Of a stretch of 64,000 nucleotides of DNA, positions 20,913 through 30,210 are shown one piece after another (position 1 is the first letter of the stretch; the number at the start of each line of letters is the position of its first letter). Below the pieces are notes generated by a model. The model did no database searches, was not told the DNA's origin, and was given only the letters and a program-made list of their open reading frames with translations. The translations under genes and the position numbers were made by a program. Origin of the DNA: Candidatus Velesiimonas alkalicola (GTDB lineage Bacteria > Omnitrophota > Gorgyraeia > Velesiimonadales > Velesiimonadaceae); assembly GCA_013626165.1 (NCBI GenBank), contig NDHX01000002.1:64639-128638 (forward strand). The letters run 5' to 3'.

Positions 20913-22018
20913 CCAGTATCAAGATTTGTAAGCCCCAGTTCTTTTGCACGGTCAACAACTTTTTTATATTCCTCATCGGTTATCCTCCTGGATATTTGCG
21001 GATAATCAAATGCTTTATATCTCGGGTTATACTGCGCCATAATATTGATATATGTGTCTTTTGGCAGATTTTCCGCTATCCACTCCATAATCTTTTCTGA
21101 ACCAGCAACATTATTTGGCATAACCAGATGGCGAATCATCAGCCCCCTGTACACAAGACCATCTTTTTCTGGTTTTGCCACACCGACCTGGCGGTGCATC
21201 TCAAGGATTGCTTCTTTTGTCACCTCCGGATAACTCTTTGCTCCGGCTGAATATTTTGCTGACATTTCACTATCCCAGTATTTGAAATCAGGCAGGTAAA
21301 TATCAACAATACCATCAAGAATCTTGATTATCTCAAGCGGTTCCCAGCCAGAAGTGTTGTATATAATTGGCAGCCGAAGTCCCCTGCTTGCGGCTATATC
21401 AAGTGCTTTAAGAATATGCGCAGAGTAATGTGTTGGGGTTACAAGATTTATATTATGAGCGCCCCTTTTTTGCAGTTGAAGCATCATATCAGCCAATTCC
21501 TCAATACTTTTTGCAAAGCCCCTGCCAAGATGACTTATTTCATAGTTCTGGCAAAATACACATCTTAAATTGCAATGGGTAAAAAAGATCGTCCCTGAAC
21601 CACCTCTGCCAACAAGTGGCCTTTCCTCGCCAAAATGCGCATGAAAGGATGAAACAAAAAGCCTTGTACCCGGGGCACGACAGAATCCGGTCCCACCCCT
21701 GAGACGATTGATGCCACATCTTCTCGGACAGAGTGAACATTTTTCCATCATTGCCCACAATTTTTCCGCCCGTTTTTTTAATTCACCTGATCTGTGAAGT
21801 TTTAAGTAAACAGGTTCAAAATCAGTGTCTATAGCAGCAAATTTTTTAACCACATTCCCCCCATCTTTCCCTTGGAAAGTTTGCCTGCCAAGGGCTTCTT
21901 GGCTGCCCATCTCCCTGTATCCGATATACAACGCTACAAAAACAACAACAATAAGCCCTAATACCATCTTTAAAAACAATTTATCTTTCATATTAAATCT
22001 CCCGAGTCGTTTATTCAT
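20885..22018 (-). CDS. PflX-like radical SAM protein with N-terminal transmembrane segment
   Basis: CSLCPRRCGINR, HFGEERPL, GSGTIFF, CNLRCVFCQN, HNINLVTPTH, YLPDFKY, IRHLVMP. Confidence 0.88.
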   Translation of the reverse strand: MNKRLGRFNMKDKLFLKMVLGLIVVVFVALYIGYREMGSQEALGRQTFQGKDGGNVVKKFAAIDTDFEPVYLKLHRSGELKKRAEKLWAMMEKCSLCPRRCGINRLRGGTGFCRAPGTRLFVSSFHAHFGEERPLVGRGGSGTIFFTHCNLRCVFCQNYEISHLGRGFAKSIEELADMMLQLQKRGAHNINLVTPTHYSAHILKALDIAASRGLRLPIIYNTSGWEPLEIIKILDGIVDIYLPDFKYWDSEMSAKYSAGAKSYPEVTKEAILEMHRQVGVAKPEKDGLVYRGLMIRHLVMPNNVAGSEKIMEWIAENLPKDTYINIMAQYNPRYKAFDYPQISRRITDEEYKKVVDRAKELGLTNLDTGWGFWWLRR

Positions 22019-22032
22019 AATGTCAAAATCTT

Positions 22033-22455
22033 ACCACTGAAGACACTGATGACACTGAATTACAAAATTACTCTCTTTATGTCAATTTTTGTTTTAGCAA
22101 AATTTATTAAAAGCCCAATTCTCTTTTTGGCTGCCTTCAAATAAGACAAAATCTGGGCTTGATGAATGACATCAAATTCTTTAACTGTTTTATTTTCAAC
22201 GATTATCTCTCCTTCAACAAGAAGATCCAAACGGTGTTCACCGATGATATTCCCTTTATAAACCACTGATATTATTTTTTGCTTTTCAATTTTTAATCCC
22301 TGGTGTTCCAATTCATAAATCATCGCATTTTCATAAATACTTTCCAAAAATCCATTGCCAAGGGTCCTGTGAACCTCAATGGCGCATTTGATAATCTTAT
22401 CAGTTATCTCAGAAAAAGGATAATTATTTTCAGTGAATTCAGTGTTTTCAGTGGT
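22033..22455. repeat. Inverted arrays of 9-nt units (ACACTGAA-like) flanking the GxxExxY gene
   Basis: accactgaagacactgatgacactgaa 22033-22059 vs reverse complement of 22429-22455 accactgaaaacactgaattcactgaa (23/27 identical). Confidence 0.8.
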
Positions 22456-22461
22456 TTTCAT
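22060..22461 (-). CDS. GxxExxY family protein (PD-(D/E)XK-like)
   Basis: EVHRTLGNGFLESIY, RLDLLVE, IVENK, QILSYLK, GLLINF. Confidence 0.93.
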   Translation of the reverse strand: MKTTENTEFTENNYPFSEITDKIIKCAIEVHRTLGNGFLESIYENAMIYELEHQGLKIEKQKIISVVYKGNIIGEHRLDLLVEGEIIVENKTVKEFDVIHQAQILSYLKAAKKRIGLLINFAKTKIDIKRVIL

Positions 22462-22509
22462 TTATTTTTTGACAGTACCCTATTCTCTACTCCTTATAAG
22501 GTTCCGTGG

Positions 22510-23673
22510 TTAACAATATTCCATTGTAACCCGTTTCCCCTTCTCTCTTAATAATGATGCAATAGATTCAACAATCTTTCGTTTAATGACTAATTCAGAT
22601 GGCATATTGGGGTTTTGATGGGCAGGATTTATTGTCTGCCCAACAACGAAGTTGATGCTGTCTGCAGAAAGCAAGACCTTTGCCAGCCGTGAAGCACCAT
22701 CTCTCCTGTCCACCAGCTCATCACTAACAACCCCTCCCTTAATCTGTTCTAATGCACCAGAGAGAGTTAAAATGCCTTCAGTAACGAGATCTATCCCTTT
22801 AAGGATACCAGTAGGCGGTATCCCATTGCACATTGAGGATATATCTACGATTAGCTCCTCTTTCAATATTCTGGCAACGATATTGGTTGTAGAACCACCA
22901 CACACCACTTTTATACCATCAAAATTAACCAGTTCATTAACCACATTTTCATCATCTTTTACATCAAGCGGTGGACCGATCATCGCGATGAGTCGCTGGA
23001 ATAGACGAGAATTAATCACTACACAAGTGGCGTCATCCCCGGGCATCTCCTCATAAAAACTATTTGCTGTATCAAGAAGTGACCTGGTTAAGGAAGAAGC
23101 TGATGGTAAAGACCCTGCTTTCTCCTCTAAAAACTTCCCTACTCTCTCCCTTTGCCACCCCATACTCCATACCTTTCCCAGGCCAGCATGAACAATACCA
23201 TCACTTACTATTACCAGATAATCATTCCTATCCATAGGAAAATAAGATTCTGATATTTTTATCCCTCCTACTGGATACTCATTTCCTGAAATAGTGTTAA
23301 GTCTACCCTGATGGATAAAAAAAGGCTCTGGATTGCCATATTCAAACGCAACTACCTCTCCCCTGGAAGATATCCGTAGGATGGTAAATGTTGAATAAGC
23401 CAATTTTCGCACCTGACAGACGGGTAGGGTTTCAGCAAGGGTTTCTACCACTTCCTTCAAGTTAACCCCTTTTTCTAACATAGTTGCAATAATCCTGGTA
23501 GTCAGCGTTGCCAGAATTGATGCCTTGATGCCGCTACCCAATCCATCAGACATAACCACAATTGTTGAACCATCATCTACTCTTTTTACCATTACATTAT
23601 CGCCACAGACCTCTTCATTGTGTTTGGTTAGAGAACCATGAGATACCTCCACAAAAATCTCCCGGGGGTTCAT
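22510..23673 (-). CDS. SpoIIE/PP2C-type serine phosphatase (HfsC-like)
   Basis: EEVCGD, SDGLGSG, TLPVCQVR, SDGIVHAG, GDDAT, DLVTEGILT, NPAHQ. Confidence 0.88.
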   Translation of the reverse strand: MNPREIFVEVSHGSLTKHNEEVCGDNVMVKRVDDGSTIVVMSDGLGSGIKASILATLTTRIIATMLEKGVNLKEVVETLAETLPVCQVRKLAYSTFTILRISSRGEVVAFEYGNPEPFFIHQGRLNTISGNEYPVGGIKISESYFPMDRNDYLVIVSDGIVHAGLGKVWSMGWQRERVGKFLEEKAGSLPSASSLTRSLLDTANSFYEEMPGDDATCVVINSRLFQRLIAMIGPPLDVKDDENVVNELVNFDGIKVVCGGSTTNIVARILKEELIVDISSMCNGIPPTGILKGIDLVTEGILTLSGALEQIKGGVVSDELVDRRDGASRLAKVLLSADSINFVVGQTINPAHQNPNMPSELVIKRKIVESIASLLREKGKRVTMEYC

Positions 23674-25361
23674 TTTCCCTCCATCAACTTTAACAGTTCA
23701 AGAAGAGATGCCTTGGTCTCAGCCGTGGTTTCCCCCAGGAGACCAGCGATCTCCTGAGCAACCCGCATCTGCTTGTTAATAACAGTATGAGCCCTGGAAA
23801 AACTTTCCTTGCGCCTCTCTTCTTCTTTAATATGTCTTTGCTGCTTGGTAATATCAATAAAAATACCTACGGCTATATTATGCTTAGGCACAAAGAGTAT
23901 CGTCTGTTGAAATATAAGCTCATACCCTGGATAGGAAACCTCACCGGAGATAACATTCTGCTCAGAGAAGGCTTTCCTGAAATAATTGTCATCAATTATC
24001 GTATTGAGTTTATTTCCAATCAACTTTCTCTTTTGACAGGAAAAGAGTTCTCTGGCTGCCGCGTTTATATCAAGGATGGTCATATCTTCTGCTACGACAA
24101 TCACTCCACTGGGTATTGATTCAGTAATTATCTCGCTCATAGACTCTGCTTTTGTCCGCATATAGGGGATACACATCTCTATCTCAGCCATACCCTGATA
24201 TACTGCAACCGCCTTTTCACGACAGGAATCATATCCGCAAGCACCACAGTTGGTTTCATCCTCAGGGGTAAATTTACCAATACTGGAAAGCAGTCCTCCA
24301 ATATCCTCATCCGTAGGAATGAGAGGAGTTATTCTGCGGTCAGCGTAGCTCCTGCTCAAATCTACTTCCTTAAACTTCTTGATCGGTATAGAGATACCCT
24401 CATTATCTTTTGAAAAACCGAGTATCTTCTGTCTGCGAGCAAGAAGAGAATATTCGGTTTTTATCCCGGGCCCATTGATACAACCCTCTGGACAGGCAAG
24501 CATCTCAATGATATTTACCTTTTGCGGAATATTCTTGCCAAAATCTTTTAGAAATTCTTTGCACTCCTCTACCCCTGAGATAACAAGCACCTCTCGCGAT
24601 AACATATCAGGATTTATGGAAGCTGTTTTTAATAGTCCTCCTTCCAGGGGAAAAAGTCTTGCCCATTTGGGACTTTCATTGGCAAATTCTTCCTCTGCCA
24701 AAGACCCAATATTGATATGTTCTTCTTCAAACCATTCTTTTAATTCCACAAAGGTTAGAACCCCATCAATTGCTCCGGGCACATCAACCATCTCTTTCTT
24801 TTTGGCGATACAGGGTCCAATAAATACAACTCGCATATCTTCGGTATGATCTGCCTTAAGCATTCTTCCATGGGCAATCATTGGTGAGACAACCCTGGCA
24901 AGATGAGGAATCAGTTCAGGATAATATATCTCTACCAGACCGACAATTGCCGGGCAAGAGCTTGTTAGAACAGGTTTTGGAAGAGTCTCAAGCATCTTAA
25001 TATGTTCTGTGGCAACCATCTCTGCTGCCCAGGCAGTCTCCTCTACCTCGGCAAAACCTAATTTATGCAGTGCAGAAACCATCTGCCCGGGATGCTTGAG
25101 ATCAAACAGTCCGGCAAAAGACGGGGCAAGACTGACTATGACTTTGAACTTAGAGGCAAGAAGTTCCTTTATCCTATTCAGACCATCCTCTATCTCCTTG
25201 GCATTATGGGGACAAACTGCCACACATTTGCCATCAAGGATGCACCGTTCTTCAACCACCTCGGCATGCTGTTTTTTAATTCTAATTGCCTTCAATGGAC
25301 AGCTTCTCACACACTTATAGCAATTCTCACAGTCTACTTTTTTTATGTTAATTATATTCAT
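23670..25361 (-). CDS. Sensory [FeFe]-hydrogenase-like protein with PAS domain (HydS/HfsB-like, group C)
   Basis: N-terminal ferredoxin motif, TSSCP, GPCIAKKKE, EMLACPEGCINGPG, NCGACGYDSC, PAS, IAGLLGETTAETK tail. Confidence 0.88.
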   Translation of the reverse strand: MNIINIKKVDCENCYKCVRSCPLKAIRIKKQHAEVVEERCILDGKCVAVCPHNAKEIEDGLNRIKELLASKFKVIVSLAPSFAGLFDLKHPGQMVSALHKLGFAEVEETAWAAEMVATEHIKMLETLPKPVLTSSCPAIVGLVEIYYPELIPHLARVVSPMIAHGRMLKADHTEDMRVVFIGPCIAKKKEMVDVPGAIDGVLTFVELKEWFEEEHINIGSLAEEEFANESPKWARLFPLEGGLLKTASINPDMLSREVLVISGVEECKEFLKDFGKNIPQKVNIIEMLACPEGCINGPGIKTEYSLLARRQKILGFSKDNEGISIPIKKFKEVDLSRSYADRRITPLIPTDEDIGGLLSSIGKFTPEDETNCGACGYDSCREKAVAVYQGMAEIEMCIPYMRTKAESMSEIITESIPSGVIVVAEDMTILDINAAARELFSCQKRKLIGNKLNTIIDDNYFRKAFSEQNVISGEVSYPGYELIFQQTILFVPKHNIAVGIFIDITKQQRHIKEEERRKESFSRAHTVINKQMRVAQEIAGLLGETTAETKASLLELLKLMEGK

Positions 25362-25362
25362 A

Positions 25363-25617
25363 TTATTCCAATCTCCTCAAAACCTTATCCCTAAAGATCT
25401 GCTCACAGTTTTCTCTGGTTACCTCAGTAATAATCTCTTCCTCAATCATTACTGCAACCCCAGAAGAACAATTTTTCAGACAGAAAGCACCTTTTAGCTG
25501 GACTCTATCTTCCAAAGAAGATTCTTTTATCAGGAGAGAATATTTATCTGCAATTTCACCGCCACCCTTAAGATAGCACGAACTCCCTACACAGATATGC
25601 ACCGTGACCATTTTCAT
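25363..25617 (-). CDS. Thioredoxin-like [2Fe-2S] ferredoxin (HfsA-like)
   Basis: ICVGSSCYLKG...GAFCLKNC. Confidence 0.85.
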   Translation of the reverse strand: MKMVTVHICVGSSCYLKGGGEIADKYSLLIKESSLEDRVQLKGAFCLKNCSSGVAVMIEEEIITEVTRENCEQIFRDKVLRRLE

Positions 25618-25623
25618 CCCTGT

Positions 25624-27426
25624 CTATGCCTCCAGTTCTATGGCATCAAAAGGACAATCAGAAAGACAGAGACCACATCTGGTACAGAGACTATCATCTA
25701 TTACATGAACTTTCCGAGCCTCTCCTGAAATAGCTCCTGTAGGACACGATTTAAGACAACGGGTGCATCCCTTGCATTTTTCTGCTAAAATATAGTAGTG
25801 TTTTAAGGCTGGGCATCTCCCTACAGGACATCTTTTCTCTTCTACATGAGCGATATACTCATCCCGAAAATACTTTAATGTTGTTAAGACGGGATTGGGC
25901 ACTGATTGTCCCAATCCACAGAGTGAACTGTCCCTGATGACAAGAGCAAGTTCCTCCAGCAGTTCAAGATCATCACGGCTGGCTTCACCTTGAACAATCT
26001 TTTTTAAGATGCGGAACATCTGTTTACTACCCTCTCTACAGGGCAGGCATTTCCCACAGGATTCATTCTTGGTGAATTGCAGAAAATACATGGCTACATC
26101 AACCATGCAATCCTCTTCATTCAGAATCACCATTCCCCCTGACCCCATCATTGCCCCGACATTTTTCAGGGAATCAAAATCAACCGGAAGATGAAGCAGG
26201 TCAAAAGGCAAACAGCCACCAGATGGCCCACCAATCTGAACCGCCTTGAAGTTTTTACCATCAGGAATTCCTCCACCAATATCATAGATAATCTCTCTCA
26301 GGGTTATACCCATTGGCACCTCTATCAATCCGCAGTTTGTAATGTTTCCTGTCAGGGAAAAGACTGCTGTTCCAGGGCTTTCGGTGGTGCCCATTCTTCT
26401 AAACCATTCGCTCCCATTGATGATAATTCGCGGAATGGTGGCAAAGGTCTTCACATTATTGAGTAAGGTAGGTTTTCCCCATAGCCCTTCCTCAGTAGTG
26501 CGGGGACGGGGGAGAGGCTTCGGCATCCCTCTTTTGCCTTCAATAGAGAGAACTAGGGCCGTAGACTCACCGCAAATAAAAGCCCCGGGCCCCTGGAAAA
26601 TCTCTATGTCAAAATCGAATCCGCTCCCTAAAACATTTTTGCCGAGGAATCCCTTCTCTCTTGCCTGAGCAGTAGCAATCTTTAACCGTTTCACGGCTAA
26701 GGGATACTCGGCTCTAACATAGATGTATCCCTTTTTAGCGCCTACGGCATAACCGGCAATAGCCATTCCTTCAATCACTGATTGTGGATCTCCCTCTAAA
26801 ACTGAGCGATCCATAAATGCCCCGGGATCACCTTCATCGGCATTACAGATCACATATTTAATCTCATCCTGAACTTTCTGACATGACTCCCATTTTCTTC
26901 CTGTAGGAAACCCACCGCCACCACGCCCTCTGAGTCCAGAGCAATTCACCATATCAATAACTTTTAGTGGTGTAAGAGAAGATAAGGCTTTTTTCAGACC
27001 ATTGTAACCATCTTTACTCAAATAGTCATCTATCTGTTCTGGATTTATCTGTCCACAATTTGAGAGGACAACACGTCGCTGATGTTTATAGAAGGGAATA
27101 TCTTGATAACGGGGTATATGTTTCTGGGTTTGGGAACAGAGATAGCACAATCGTTCCACTATTATCCCCTTCTTTATGTGCGAATCCACAATTTCGGGGA
27201 CATCTTCGGTCTTAACTCTTCCGTAAAAGGTGTCCCCAGGTCTTATTATCACAACCGGGCCGAGCTGACACAGTCCATGACAGCCGGTGAAATCAACGGT
27301 TACCCTGTCGAGATTCAGGACCGATAGCTCTCTCTCAAAGGCCTCCTTGATAATGTGGGAGCCCATTGCTTCGCAACTGGTCCCCTGACAAATATGGATT
27401 GTTTTTTCCATCAGGTTTTTCCGCAA
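25624..27426 (-). CDS. HydB/NuoF-like FMN and NAD(P)-binding hydrogenase subunit
   Basis: N-terminal Trx-like 2Fe-2S, GRGGGGFPTG, NADEGDPGAFMDR, GGPSGG, ESCGKCLPCREG, C-terminal 2x[4Fe-4S]. Confidence 0.92.
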   Translation of the reverse strand: MRKNLMEKTIHICQGTSCEAMGSHIIKEAFERELSVLNLDRVTVDFTGCHGLCQLGPVVIIRPGDTFYGRVKTEDVPEIVDSHIKKGIIVERLCYLCSQTQKHIPRYQDIPFYKHQRRVVLSNCGQINPEQIDDYLSKDGYNGLKKALSSLTPLKVIDMVNCSGLRGRGGGGFPTGRKWESCQKVQDEIKYVICNADEGDPGAFMDRSVLEGDPQSVIEGMAIAGYAVGAKKGYIYVRAEYPLAVKRLKIATAQAREKGFLGKNVLGSGFDFDIEIFQGPGAFICGESTALVLSIEGKRGMPKPLPRPRTTEEGLWGKPTLLNNVKTFATIPRIIINGSEWFRRMGTTESPGTAVFSLTGNITNCGLIEVPMGITLREIIYDIGGGIPDGKNFKAVQIGGPSGGCLPFDLLHLPVDFDSLKNVGAMMGSGGMVILNEEDCMVDVAMYFLQFTKNESCGKCLPCREGSKQMFRILKKIVQGEASRDDLELLEELALVIRDSSLCGLGQSVPNPVLTTLKYFRDEYIAHVEEKRCPVGRCPALKHYYILAEKCKGCTRCLKSCPTGAISGEARKVHVIDDSLCTRCGLCLSDCPFDAIELEA

Positions 27427-29930
27427 GATCCAAGAATTGTATCAACAAGTTCTGTCATCTTTTCCGGTGTTAGATGTCCATATACCTTGCCATCGATCAC
27501 CGCAACTGGAGCAAGGGCACAGGCACCCAGACAGCCCACCTTCTCCAATGTGATCAACATATCGTTCGTTGTGGACATATCTTCTGACAGACCGGTTCTC
27601 TTATAGATGACCTCAATGATATCATCAGCATTCTTCACATGACAGGCAGTTCCATCGCATACCCTAATCAGGTGTTTTCCCTTGGGAATCAAGGAAAATT
27701 GGGCATAGAAAGTGGCCAATCCGTAGATTGAAGAGACTGGAATATCAAGACAGTTAGCGATATAAATCATAGTCTCTTTCGGGAGATAACGGTATTCCTC
27801 CTGTGTCTCCTGCAAAATAGGAATGAGGTTAGCCGAACTGTTTTTATATTTGACAATAATTTCGTTTACTCTCTGGAACTTTCTATCCAGAGGAAGGATT
27901 CGCTCTTGACTTACTCTTTCCCCTTTTACTATTGGCACGATAAGATTGCTCACAATATCTTCCACCTTATCAGGGTTGATGTTGGTAATAATATCATTAT
28001 CTACTCTAATTGTTGGTCCTTTATTACACTTTTCCATGCAGAAGGTAGCCTTAACATCAATATGCTCGGTTAGTCCTAAAGATTTTATTTTTTGGGTCAG
28101 CAATTGAATCAGATCGTAAGAGCCTTTGAGATAACAACTTGTTCCAACACACACCTCTATAACTGTCTTCTCCTCTTCTTTACCTTTCCATAATGAAATT
28201 GCCTCAGCAGATATCCGACGTCGGGGTGTATAATGCGTATGAAGGGTTTCAAGACGACATTTTTCAGACCTGAGCCATCTTTCGTATATTGCCCTAACAT
28301 CAGGATTTGATAAGGATGTTCTAACTGTCAGGGACTCATCTATCTTGTAGAGTCCTTCTCCGCGGAGCATCGGCGTCTCAAAGGTATCCTTGGGTATCGG
28401 CTGGCCACCACCACCCACACAACCACCTGGGCAGACTATCACCTCGGCCAGGTGATAATCCACTTTCCCATCACTAATCTCCTTGAACAATCTCTTTGCC
28501 TCTTTTAAGGTATGAACAATGACAATCTTTATCTCCTTTCCGTTTAATCTGATAGAGGTCTCTCTACGAAATTCATTACCACGCACCTCGTTGAAGGCTA
28601 TTTTTTGACGGCGACTGTCTGTCTTCTCATAAAGAGTGCGAAGAATAGCCTCTACCACCCCTCCGGTAACTCCAAAAATAATACCTGCCCCACTAGGATT
28701 TCCAAGTGGGTTATCAAGTTGGGTAGATGGCAATCTTGCCAGATCTATCCCTGCCTGCCTTAACATACTGATAAGTTCCCTGGTTGAAAGAACAACATCC
28801 ACATCTGGAATGCCATTATTTGATAACTCCTGCCTCTCTGACTCACTTCTTTTAGCCGTGCACGGCATTAGAGAGATAACCGCCATATTCTTTGGTGAAA
28901 TATTCTTCTCCCTGCAATAGAATCTTTTGATAATGGAACCCAATATTTGTTGTGGTGACCGCACGGTAGAAAGGTTAGGGATGAGATTAGAAAAATATTG
29001 CTCTATAAATCTAACTCTCACCGGACAACATGAAGTGATTAAGGGTAGATGTTCATTGCTTTTTAGCCGATTAGAGAACTCTTTGGATTCCTCTAATATA
29101 TGTATATCAGCACCAACGCAGGTGTCAAAGACATAATCAAAACCGAGTTGCTTCAGGGCTGTTGATAGCTGTCCAAGCACATTAGTCCCTGATGTAATAC
29201 CGAATACCTCGCCAAGAGAAGTTCTGATAGCCGGGGCGATCTGGGCAACCACAGTTATCTGGGGATTGTGGAGCAAGGACCAGACCTTATCTATATTGGA
29301 TTTTATGGTTAAGGCTGCGGTCGGGCAAACCAGTGTGCATTGTCCACATTCAACGCAATCAACATCGGCAAGACTTTTATTAAATGGTGGCTCTACTCTC
29401 GTCTCGGCGGCGCGGCCTGTAAAACCGATTACGCCGATACTCTGAACCTCCTGGCACATCCGGACACAGTCACCACATAAGATGCACTTGTTGGGATTTC
29501 GGACAATAGAAGCGGCATTTTCAGGCTTTATCTCTCGTTCAGGGGAACTGTCGAACCTAATATTGGTAATTCCAAGGGCATTGGATAGTTCTTGCAATTT
29601 GCAGTTGCCGCTTCTTTCGCAGGTGGTGCAATCACGATCATGATTAGCTAATAGAAGTTCTATGAGCATCCGACGCAACCTGAAGATACGATCAGTATTG
29701 GTCTTGATAATCATCCCATCACGGGGTGGAGTGGCGCAAGCGATTTGAAAACCTTTTCCTTCCACCTCTACGGTGCATATCCGACAGGCCCCATAGACGC
29801 TCAGCGAAGAGTGGTAACAAAAAGTAGGGATAATTATCCCTGCCTTCTTTGCCACCTCTATGATATTCCTTTCGTGTTCAAAAGTGATGGTTTGTCCATT
29901 CATTATCAGCTTCTTTCCTCTATCAGCCAT
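27411..29930 (-). CDS. [FeFe]-hydrogenase catalytic subunit fused to Trx-like 2Fe-2S and NuoE/HydC domains
   Basis: 2Fe-2S (FCYH...GACRIC), HDRDCTTC, 2x[4Fe-4S], TSCCP, MPCTAK, CPGGCVGGGGQP; then VCVGTSC...FCMEKC; then LIPILQ...ATFY...VCDGTAC...GCLGAC. Confidence 0.9.
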   Translation of the reverse strand: MADRGKKLIMNGQTITFEHERNIIEVAKKAGIIIPTFCYHSSLSVYGACRICTVEVEGKGFQIACATPPRDGMIIKTNTDRIFRLRRMLIELLLANHDRDCTTCERSGNCKLQELSNALGITNIRFDSSPEREIKPENAASIVRNPNKCILCGDCVRMCQEVQSIGVIGFTGRAAETRVEPPFNKSLADVDCVECGQCTLVCPTAALTIKSNIDKVWSLLHNPQITVVAQIAPAIRTSLGEVFGITSGTNVLGQLSTALKQLGFDYVFDTCVGADIHILEESKEFSNRLKSNEHLPLITSCCPVRVRFIEQYFSNLIPNLSTVRSPQQILGSIIKRFYCREKNISPKNMAVISLMPCTAKRSESERQELSNNGIPDVDVVLSTRELISMLRQAGIDLARLPSTQLDNPLGNPSGAGIIFGVTGGVVEAILRTLYEKTDSRRQKIAFNEVRGNEFRRETSIRLNGKEIKIVIVHTLKEAKRLFKEISDGKVDYHLAEVIVCPGGCVGGGGQPIPKDTFETPMLRGEGLYKIDESLTVRTSLSNPDVRAIYERWLRSEKCRLETLHTHYTPRRRISAEAISLWKGKEEEKTVIEVCVGTSCYLKGSYDLIQLLTQKIKSLGLTEHIDVKATFCMEKCNKGPTIRVDNDIITNINPDKVEDIVSNLIVPIVKGERVSQERILPLDRKFQRVNEIIVKYKNSSANLIPILQETQEEYRYLPKETMIYIANCLDIPVSSIYGLATFYAQFSLIPKGKHLIRVCDGTACHVKNADDIIEVIYKRTGLSEDMSTTNDMLITLEKVGCLGACALAPVAVIDGKVYGHLTPEKMTELVDTILGSCGKT

Positions 29931-29932
29931 TT

Positions 29933-30190
29933 TCAGATATCTCCTTTCATTTTCAGTCTTGTGAGAACTTCTTTTTTAAAGAAGTCCTTTGTTGTTTCAG
30001 GAGAAAGCGAAAACTGTTGCTCATCAAGTTTTACGCATACACCTTTTTGACAATTGTCCATACAAAACTTTCCCGCAAGCACAACCTTGTCCTTTAAGTT
30101 GTTTTCGGCAACTAAAAATTGCAATTCTTCAACAACCTATCTGGAACCTTTTAAATGGCATGAACTTCCTATACATACTGTAATTTTCAT
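29933..30190 (-). pseudogene. Trx-like [2Fe-2S] ferredoxin interrupted by an in-frame TAG
   Basis: ATG 30190: MKITVCIGSSCHLKGSR-TAG(30139-30137)-VVEELQFL...GKFCMDNCQKG in one frame. Confidence 0.85.
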
Positions 30191-30210
30191 TATCTTGACT
30201 CCTTTTCTAT

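Noticed and set aside
30137-30139. TAG recoding (pyrrolysine or alternative genetic code) in the ferredoxin
   Set aside because: TAG is an ordinary stop for lpxB, bioB and tsaD here, no pyl genes are in the window, and one C-to-T change explains it
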